Source: Actinomycetes bacterium (GTDB taxonomy: Bacteria > Actinomycetota > Actinomycetes > Actinomycetales > Microbacteriaceae). Taken from it: a stretch of DNA of 64,000 nt. Shown one piece after another: positions 58,158 to 64,000 of the stretch. The DNA lies in contig JAEYAG010000059.1 in assembly GCA_023451265.1 (NCBI GenBank), forward strand, positions 1,189 to 65,188, read 5' to 3'. The translations under genes were made by a program, and so were the position numbers. The notes below the pieces were generated by a model. That model made no database searches, was not told where the DNA came from, and was given only the letters and a program-made list of their open reading frames with translations. Position 1 is the first letter of the stretch. Each line of letters begins with the position of its first letter.

Positions 58158-59714
58158 ATGGAACCGGCCCAGCGCAGGCGCCTCGCCCTAGGCGCGGTGG
58201 CGGCGGGCATCCTGCTCATCGCCGCGGTGGTCATCGGCATCGCGGCGTTGACGGGACGCCTGGCGCCTGCCCCGAGCGCGTCGCCGTCGACGACCCCGGA
58301 ACCCTCGACGGCGCCGTCCGACGTGTACCGTCCCGCCATCCACATCACGCCCGAGCAGCATTGGATGAACGACCCGCAGCGTCCTTTCTGGCGTGACGGG
58401 CGCTGGCACCTCTACTACCTCTACAACGCGGACTACCCGGAAGGCAACGGGACGGCGTGGTTCCACGTCACCTCCGAGGACCTGATCCACTGGCGGGACG
58501 AGGGCGTGGCGATCGAGAAGTACACCAACGGGCTGGGGGACATCCAGTCGGGCTCCGCCGTCGTCGACGAGAACGGCACGGCGGGGCACGGGGACGGCGC
58601 CGTGATCGCGATCGTCACGCAGCAGGATGCCGGCGTGCAGCGACAGTCGATGTTCTTCTCGACCGACGGCGGCTACACGTTCACATCCGACCCGGCCAAC
58701 CCCGTGCTGGACAACCCCGGGGTTACCGACTTCCGCGACCCCAAGGTGGTGTGGGACGGCGCGCAGTGGGTCATGGCCCTGGCCGAAGGCGACAAGATCG
58801 GCTTCTACACGTCGCCCGACCTGCGGGCGTGGACCTACCGGTCGGGCATGGTGCGGAATGATCTGGGGCTGCTGGAATGCCCCGACCTGTTCGTCATGTC
58901 GGTCGCCGGGGACCCGTCCCGCACCACTTGGGTGCTCGGTGCGAGCGCAGACGGCAGCGCCACCGGCCGCACGACGGGCTACGCCTACTGGACGGGGGAC
59001 TGGGACGGCGCCGCCTTCACGCCGGCCGCCGCCGAACCGCAGTGGCTCGACGACGGTGCGGACTTCTACGCGGCGGTGACGTGGCCTTCGACCGACGCTC
59101 CGGAGCAGGAGCGGTACGCCCTCGGGTGGGTGGCGAACTGGGCGTACGCGCGAGAGCTGCCCGCCCTCGACTGGCAGGGGGGGACGCAGTCGCTGGTGCG
59201 GAAGCTGACGCTCGACGACGGCCTCCGGCTGCGCGCCACCCCGATGCTCCCCGAGGCCGCGTCCGCGGACTACATGGGCGCGCTGACGCTGCAGCCGCAG
59301 GAGTGGGCGACGGTGGATGCCGCCTCCGAGGGCGCTCGACACCTGCGGCTCACGCTGGCCCGGGACGAGCTGGACGGCGGGACGGTGACCGTGCGGATCG
59401 GGGACGAGCTCGCGGATGCCCGCGTGGTGATCGACGCGGGCGCCGGGACGATCGGGATCGATCGGTCCGCGGATGCGGCGGCGGGGCGGCTGCCGGACAT
59501 CTACGCGCAGCCTCGCACGACCCTCGTCGCGTGGGACGACAGCCTCACCGTCGACATCGTCCTCGACGGGATCTCCCTCGAGGTGTTCGCGGGCGGCACG
59601 TCGCTCACCTCGCTCGTCTTCGTCCCGCGCCCCCAGATCGCCCTCACCGCCGACCGACCGGTCGTCATCGAGGGTGTCCTGCTCGAGCGGTATGCGGGCG
59701 CCGCGGCCCGGTGA
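58158..59714 (+). CDS. Glycoside hydrolase family 32 (levanase/exo-fructosidase-like) with N-terminal membrane anchor
   Basis: ORF 58158..59714. HWMNDPQRP (WMNDP nucleophile), FRDPKVV (RDP), LECPDLF (EC acid/base). C-terminal beta-sandwich. Confidence 0.85.
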   Translation: MEPAQRRRLALGAVAAGILLIAAVVIGIAALTGRLAPAPSASPSTTPEPSTAPSDVYRPAIHITPEQHWMNDPQRPFWRDGRWHLYYLYNADYPEGNGTAWFHVTSEDLIHWRDEGVAIEKYTNGLGDIQSGSAVVDENGTAGHGDGAVIAIVTQQDAGVQRQSMFFSTDGGYTFTSDPANPVLDNPGVTDFRDPKVVWDGAQWVMALAEGDKIGFYTSPDLRAWTYRSGMVRNDLGLLECPDLFVMSVAGDPSRTTWVLGASADGSATGRTTGYAYWTGDWDGAAFTPAAAEPQWLDDGADFYAAVTWPSTDAPEQERYALGWVANWAYARELPALDWQGGTQSLVRKLTLDDGLRLRATPMLPEAASADYMGALTLQPQEWATVDAASEGARHLRLTLARDELDGGTVTVRIGDELADARVVIDAGAGTIGIDRSADAAAGRLPDIYAQPRTTLVAWDDSLTVDIVLDGISLEVFAGGTSLTSLVFVPRPQIALTADRPVVIEGVLLERYAGAAAR

Positions 59715-59734
59715 GCGACGCGCCGGCATGCGCC

Positions 59735-59740
59735 TAGGCT
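59735..59740 (+). promoter_or_regulatory. -10-like TAGGCT, 6 nt before GntR ATG
   Basis: TAGGCT GAGCGC ATG. Confidence 0.5.
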
Positions 59741-59746
59741 GAGCGC

Positions 59747-60454
59747 ATGGCACAACGAGACGACCCGGAGGGCGATCTCGCGGCCGAGGTCCTGTCGGAG
59801 CGTGTCTACGCGCGACTGCGCGACGGCATCGTGTCCGGGGTCTACGCGCCCGGCAGCGGCCTGACCGAACGGGAGATCGCCGCCCGGCTCGGCGTCTCGC
59901 GCGCGCCCATCCGGGCGGCGATCAACCGGCTGGAGTTCACCGGATTCGTCCGACTCGCTCCGCGCCGGAAGGCCATCGTCACGGACGTCACGCGGGCCGA
60001 CGTCGAGCAGCTGTACGACCTGCGCGCGGCCCTCGAACCGGTCGCCGCGCGCGCCGCCGCCGCGAACGTCGCCGCTGGCGCCGACCCGGAACCCCTGGAG
60101 CGGGCGCTCGCCCGCGCGGCGCAGGCGATCTCGCAGGGCGAGAGCGCGGCGCTCGATCACGCCAACGCCGACCTCCATCACGCGATCACCACCCTCGCCG
60201 ACCATGCCCTGTTCGAACGCACCTTCGCGCCGCTGCAGGATCGGAGCGATCGGCTCAGCGCGATGACGATCGCCGCCGAACCCGCCCTGCGGCACGCAGA
60301 GCACCAGGCGCTCGTCGGCGCGATCGTCGCCGGCCAGCCCCGTCTGGCCGAGGCCTGCGCGTTCACGCACGTGGAACAGGGGCGTCTGCGCACGCTCGAT
60401 CTGCTCGTCGATCAGCGTGCCGGGGCGCGGATGCCGAGAGCGTCGAGCACGTAG
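59747..60454 (+). CDS. GntR family transcriptional regulator, FadR/FCD subfamily
   Basis: ORF 59747..60454. HTH LTEREIAARLGVSRAPIRAAINRLE, then a helical FCD domain. Confidence 0.85.
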   Translation: MAQRDDPEGDLAAEVLSERVYARLRDGIVSGVYAPGSGLTEREIAARLGVSRAPIRAAINRLEFTGFVRLAPRRKAIVTDVTRADVEQLYDLRAALEPVAARAAAANVAAGADPEPLERALARAAQAISQGESAALDHANADLHHAITTLADHALFERTFAPLQDRSDRLSAMTIAAEPALRHAEHQALVGAIVAGQPRLAEACAFTHVEQGRLRTLDLLVDQRAGARMPRASST

Positions 60455-61071
60455 GCGACGGCGCTCGGCACCGGTTGCACGATGCGGGTCACCCCGCTGC
60501 GGGCGAGAGCGTCGGCGGCCCGGCTGAGCGGACCGCCCCCGACGATGACCGCCTCGGCGCCGTCGATCCGCGTGCACAGCGCGGCGGCCGCGGCGAGCTC
60601 GCGCTCGGCCCGAGGGTCGTCGCCGGCGAGGGCTTCGGCCGGTGACGCGGTGAACCGGAGGCCCGTGAACGGCGCGGTCGCGTGCCGGTCGACGAGCGCG
60701 CGCAGGCCCGGTCCGAGCGGCACCGTCGAGGTGACCATCCCGAACGGCCGCCCCGACCGCGACGCCGCCCGTATCGACGCCTCACCGAGACCGACCACGG
60801 GGAGCATCGTGGCGGCCCGCACCGCGGCCACGCCGGGATCGCCGATCGCGGCGACGATGATGCCCCGGGTGGACGCCGTCACGGCGTGCCGCACGCGCGC
60901 GAGCACGTGCGGCCCGCTCGCCGCCAGATCGTCCGCACGCGTGATCACCCGCGGGCCGCTCGTCGCCGTGGCGGAGCGGACGCTCAGCCCGGTGTCCGCC
61001 AGCGCGAGGGCCGCCAGAGCGGTCACGGCCGTCGTCGTGTCTCCGTTGGTGTTCGGGTTGACGACGAGCAG
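60412..61071 (-). pseudogene. Asp/Glu/hydantoin racemase family gene without a canonical start codon
   Basis: This is the low-coordinate end of ORF 60412..63363. Homology begins at LLVVNPNTNGDTTTAV, equivalent to the (M)RILVINPNTS N-terminus of the family. The first retained codon is CTG 61071-61069. There is no in-frame ATG/GTG/TTG for ~60 codons upstream. Confidence 0.55.
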
Positions 61072-61386
61072 GTGGGCGGCACCGCGCCGGTGCCTCCCGC
61101 CCTCGCCGACGCGCCGGTCACCTATCCGGAGGTGGCGGAAGAGCGGCTGCCGGCGATGCTGCGCGGTGCGGCGACGACGGACTTCCCCGCCCCGTCGGTC
61201 GTGTCGGGCATCCAGACGCCGACCCTGATCCTCGCCTGGACGGGCGACCCGTCGCATCCGCTGCGCACCGCGACGCGGCTCGGCGAACTCATCGCGGGCA
61301 GCCGGCTCGTGGTCGCGCGGACCCCGTACGGCGTGATGGCGTGGCCGGGACTGTTCGCCGAGCACGTCATCACCGCGGCCGCGTAG
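61072..61386 (+). pseudogene. C-terminal fragment resembling an alpha/beta-hydrolase
   Basis: This is the tail of ORF 60682..61386. IQTPTLILAWTGDPSHPLRTATRLGELIAGSRLVV resembles the strand-Asp-helix region near the C-terminus of alpha/beta hydrolases. Everything N-terminal of it would overlap the racemase gene on the other strand. Confidence 0.35.
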
Positions 61387-61404
61387 GCGTCCACGCGACG
61401 GGGG

Positions 61405-61410
61405 TAGCGT
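61405..61410 (+). promoter_or_regulatory. -10-like TAGCGT, 6 nt before GNAT-like ATG
   Basis: TAGCGT TGCGGC ATG. Confidence 0.5.
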
Positions 61411-61416
61411 TGCGGC

Positions 61417-62133
61417 ATGACCACGATCCACGACCCATCGCCCGACGGCTTCACGATCCTGCCGTTGGAGAGCGTCGAGCAGGTGTTCGCGGCGTCGGCG
61501 GTGCTCGCCGAGGTATGGGGCGGCGACCGCAGCGGCATGCCGGCGAACCTGCTGCGGGCGCTCGCGCACTCGGGCAACTACGCGGTCGGCCTCTACGACG
61601 GGGAGCGGATGATCGGGGCATCCGTCGCCTTCTTCGCCGCCCCCGCAGAGCGCTCCATGCACTCGCACATCACGGGGATCCTCGCCGCGTACCGCTCGCG
61701 CGGTCTCGGGCGCCTCATCAAGCAGCATCAGCGGACGTGGGCGCTCGCCCGCGACGTGGGGCACATCACCTGGACCTTCGACCCGCTCGTGGCCCGCAAC
61801 GCCCATCTCAACCTGACGGTGCTCGGCACGCGCGTCACGGAGTACCTCATCGATCACTACGGGGCGATGGACGACGGGGTCAACCGCGGGGACGAGTCGG
61901 ATCGGCTCCTCGTGTCGTGGGCGCTCGCGGCACCGGCCGCCGCCCCGCGCGAGGAGGACGTGGTGACCGTCGTCGAGGTGCCGCGCGACATCGAGGGTTT
62001 GCGCCGCACCGCACCCGCCGAGGCGCTGGACTGGCGCTACCGCGTGCGCGACGCCTTCGCGGGGCTGCTGCAAGACGGGTTCGTCGTCGTCGGATTCGAC
62101 GACGACCGCGGCTACCTGTTCGGGCGGCGCTGA
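61417..62133 (+). CDS. GNAT-fold acetyltransferase-like conserved protein
   Basis: ORF 61417..62133. ...HITGILAAYRSRGLGRLIKQHQRTWAL...FDPLVARNAHLNL... resembles the actinobacterial GNAT-like family. TAGCGT lies 6 nt upstream of the ATG. Confidence 0.6.
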   Translation: MTTIHDPSPDGFTILPLESVEQVFAASAVLAEVWGGDRSGMPANLLRALAHSGNYAVGLYDGERMIGASVAFFAAPAERSMHSHITGILAAYRSRGLGRLIKQHQRTWALARDVGHITWTFDPLVARNAHLNLTVLGTRVTEYLIDHYGAMDDGVNRGDESDRLLVSWALAAPAAAPREEDVVTVVEVPRDIEGLRRTAPAEALDWRYRVRDAFAGLLQDGFVVVGFDDDRGYLFGRR

Positions 62134-62137
62134 CTCT

Positions 62138-62253
62138 CCCCGGTCGCCGAGCGCGGCGTCCCCCCCGGTCGTTGAGGGAGCGCAGCGTCCCCCCCGGTCG
62201 TTGAGCGAGCGCAGCGTCCCCCCGGTCGTTGAGCGAGCGCAGCGAGACGAAAC
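62138..62253. repeat. 28-29-bp tandem repeat, about 4 copies
   Basis: CCCCCGGTCGTTGAG(C/G)GAGCGCAGCGTC units at 62161, 62189 and 62218, with a degenerate first unit at 62138. The last copy ends ...GCGCAGCGAGACGAAACG. Confidence 0.85.
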
Positions 62254-62298
62254 GTGGTGACCGGAGCGAGCAGCGGGCGCCGTGGTGTGTAAGCCTCG

Positions 62299-62304
62299 TA
62301 CGCT
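62299..62304 (+). promoter_or_regulatory. -10-like TACGCT, 6 nt before cyclase-fold GTG
   Basis: TACGCT GAGCGG GTG. Confidence 0.45.
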
Positions 62305-62310
62305 GAGCGG

Positions 62311-63231
62311 GTGACCGACTACCGCGCGCACTTCGACTTCGACATCAGCTTCGCCAACGGGGGAGAGCTCTCCGGCACCGGATTCCGGCTCGACCTGCCC
62401 TCGCCCGAGGTCTCCGAGGCCGAGATCGGCCGACTGCTCGTGCAGCACCTGGGCCTCGCGCTCGTCGCCAACGTCGAACTGCGGGGGCTGCGCATCGTCG
62501 AGGAGCCGCACCGCGGCAGCCGCGGCGTAGAGGCCGCAGGTCCGGTGGCCGCGGCATCCCGCATCGTCGACCTCAGCCACCCGATCCGCGCCGGCCTCGT
62601 CACCTACCCGGGACTGCCGGCGCCCGTCATCACGCCGCACCTCACGCGCGAGGACTCGCGCGCGAACTACGCGCCGGGCACCGAGTTCGCGATGGACATC
62701 ATCACGATGATCGGCAACACCGGCACCTACCTCGACTCGCCGTTCCACCGCTACGCCGACGGGGCCGACCTCGCCGGGCTCGACCTGGCGACGCTCGTGG
62801 GGTTGCGTGCCGAGGTGTTCCACCTGACGGATGCCTGGACGCCGCAGCGCCGCGGCATCCGCCCTGAGACGCTCGCCGACCGCCACGTGAGGGGCGCCGC
62901 CGTGCTGCTGCACACCGGGTGGGATCGCCACTTCGGCACACCGGAGTACGGCGTCGGCGCGCCGTTCCTCACGGGAGAGGCCGCCCAGTGGCTGATCGAC
63001 GCGGGGGCCGCCCTCGTCGGTATCGACTCGGTCAACATCGACGACACGGCGGCGGATGCCGGGGGCGCGCGCCCCGCGCACACGCTGCTGCTCGGCGCCG
63101 GTGTGCACGTCGTCGAGCACCTGACGAACCTCGGTGACCTGCCGCCGTCGGGTGCGCGCTTCACCGCGGCGCCACCGGCGATCGAAGGCTTCGGCACGTT
63201 TCCAGTGCGCGCGTTCGCGGAGCTGCCGTGA
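62311..63231 (+). CDS. Putative cyclase / kynurenine-formamidase-fold protein with ~90-aa N-terminal extension and degenerate metal motif
   Basis: ORF 62311..63231 (GTG). The core starts at RIVDLSHPI. The motif position HxGTHxDxPxH reads NTGTYLDSPFH. C-terminal ARPAHTLLLGAGVHVVEHLTNL. Confidence 0.7.
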   Translation: MTDYRAHFDFDISFANGGELSGTGFRLDLPSPEVSEAEIGRLLVQHLGLALVANVELRGLRIVEEPHRGSRGVEAAGPVAAASRIVDLSHPIRAGLVTYPGLPAPVITPHLTREDSRANYAPGTEFAMDIITMIGNTGTYLDSPFHRYADGADLAGLDLATLVGLRAEVFHLTDAWTPQRRGIRPETLADRHVRGAAVLLHTGWDRHFGTPEYGVGAPFLTGEAAQWLIDAGAALVGIDSVNIDDTAADAGGARPAHTLLLGAGVHVVEHLTNLGDLPPSGARFTAAPPAIEGFGTFPVRAFAELP

Positions 63232-63626
63232 GCGCGGCCGAGGCGGGGCTGCCCGAGGACGCCATCCCGCACCGGCGCGACGACGGCGAATTGCTGGGGT
63301 GGATCCTTCCCGACGGCGACGACTGGCGCGCGATCGACGTGCTGGGGCGCGTCGTCGCGGCATCCGTCGACTGGCTCGACGCCGAGGCGGCGCTCGAGCA
63401 GCGCGGACTCGCCTTCCTCGCCGAGCCGTGGACGCTGGAGCGCGACGATGCGGCCCCGCTGCGCGTACGCCTGGTCGAGGTCACGCCGGCGCGCATCGTC
63501 GTGAAGGTCGACGACTTCGGCGACATGAGCCACGCGACCGCTCAGTACGTGCTGCCGTGGCCGCTCCCGGCCGAGCTGCGCGAGCCCCGGCCGGGCGACC
63601 CCGACGGGTTCACGCTCTTCCGCTGA
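63228..63626 (+). CDS. Hypothetical protein, translationally coupled to the cyclase-fold gene
   Basis: ORF 63228..63626. The GTG overlaps the upstream stop (GTGA). G/C-rich third positions. No motif I recognise. Confidence 0.5.
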   Translation: MSAAEAGLPEDAIPHRRDDGELLGWILPDGDDWRAIDVLGRVVAASVDWLDAEAALEQRGLAFLAEPWTLERDDAAPLRVRLVEVTPARIVVKVDDFGDMSHATAQYVLPWPLPAELREPRPGDPDGFTLFR

Positions 63627-63643
63627 TCGTCGATCTCTTGTGC

Positions 63644-63656
63644 GCAATTGAATTGC
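63644..63656. promoter_or_regulatory. Palindrome GCAATT-G-AATTGC upstream of the OhrR-like gene
   Basis: Read directly. It lies 17 bp before ATG 63673 and is followed by a third GCAAT. Confidence 0.45.
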
Positions 63657-63672
63657 GTGCAATGCTTTTCGC

Positions 63673-64000
63673 ATGACCTCGACGCTGGACGACTTCGTCT
63701 GCTTCGCGATGTACACCGCGTCCCACGCGACGACCCAGGCCTATCGCGAAGTGCTGAAGCCGTGGAGCCTCACCTACCCGCAGTACCTCGCGATCGTGGT
63801 GCTGGCCACGGGTGAGCGCACCGTGTCGACCCTCGGCGACGAGCTGGGCCTCGACTCCGGGACCCTCTCGCCGCTGCTGCGGCGTCTCGAGGGTCGCGGC
63901 CTCGTCTCGCGGCGACGCGGTGAGGCCGACGAGCGCGTCGTGCACGTGCGCCTCACCGAGGCGGGGCGCGCCGTCCACGCCGAGGTGACCGAGGCGGCGG
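63673..64000 (+). CDS. MarR family regulator, OhrR-like, N-terminal part (runs off the right edge)
   Basis: Own translation from ATG 63673: MTSTLDDFVCFAMYTASHATTQAYREVLKPWSLTYPQYLAIVVLATGERTVSTLGDELGLDSGTLSPLLRRLEGRGLVSRRR... The early Cys in a DxxxCFAxY context is typical of OhrR-type regulators. Confidence 0.75.
   Translation, partial: MTSTLDDFVCFAMYTASHATTQAYREVLKPWSLTYPQYLAIVVLATGERTVSTLGDELGLDSGTLSPLLRRLEGRGLVSRRRGEADERVVHVRLTEAGRAVHAEVTEAA

Noticed and set aside
61072-61386. The 104-codon GTG ORF as a genuine small gene.
   Set aside because: It has no ribosome-binding site or promoter room, because it starts at the base next to the racemase remnant. It matches only the C-terminal third of a larger fold. 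It is kept as a low-confidence pseudogene fragment.

Overview
Very GC-rich actinobacterial chromosome segment. It looks Micrococcales/Microbacteriaceae-like, judged only from protein families and codon style. I call about 64 protein genes. I found no rRNA or tRNA, no transposase or integrase, no CRISPR-cas and no recognisable defence genes. All family assignments come from reading motifs by eye; no searches were run.

- **1-17.2 kb, housekeeping and mixed functions:** xthA (partial), a DD-carboxypeptidase, pntAB, pyrE, a HAD-IIA phosphatase with two tiny coupled membrane ORFs, an SDR, a VIT-family remnant, the mntH-mntR manganese module, a TrmH-like methyltransferase, a MATE pump, a DUF308-lipase fusion, and an M13 peptidase coupled to a catalytically degenerate class-A beta-lactamase fold.
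- **17.3-54.2 kb, funnel for plant phenolics (lignin monomers):**
  - MarR plus a secreted tannase/feruloyl-esterase.
  - A tetrahydrofolate-dependent LigM-type O-demethylase operon (VOC-metF-purU-ligM-padR).
  - A phd/cou-type CoA-dependent beta-oxidative hydroxycinnamate side-chain-shortening operon. It carries an embedded NitT/TauT-type ABC importer and a translationally coupled MFS pump, with a divergent MarR.
  - pobA and a 3-hydroxybenzoate-4-monooxygenase-like flavoprotein.
  - The complete protocatechuate branch of the beta-ketoadipate pathway (pcaHGBDC, pcaIJF), served by four IclR regulators.
- **55-60 kb, levan module:** GH68, an LPXTG surface protein, GH32 and a GntR regulator.
- **60-64 kb:** small genes and gene remnants.

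**Cross-cutting observations:**
- At least 15 genes have a TANNNT hexamer 6-7 nt before the start codon, the pattern of leaderless promoters.
- Several genes are decapitated or interrupted: VIT, catechol 2,3-dioxygenase, a MetE-like gene with an in-frame TAG, a racemase and an alpha/beta-hydrolase.
- A REP-like repeat family occupies three convergent intergenic regions.
- There are several short tandem repeats, two of which copy gene 3' ends including the stop codon.

The most system-like candidate for follow-up is the 28.6-39.1 kb hydroxycinnamate operon with its unusual transporter content, together with the LigM operon. I see no evidence for a wholly new class of system such as a defence island.
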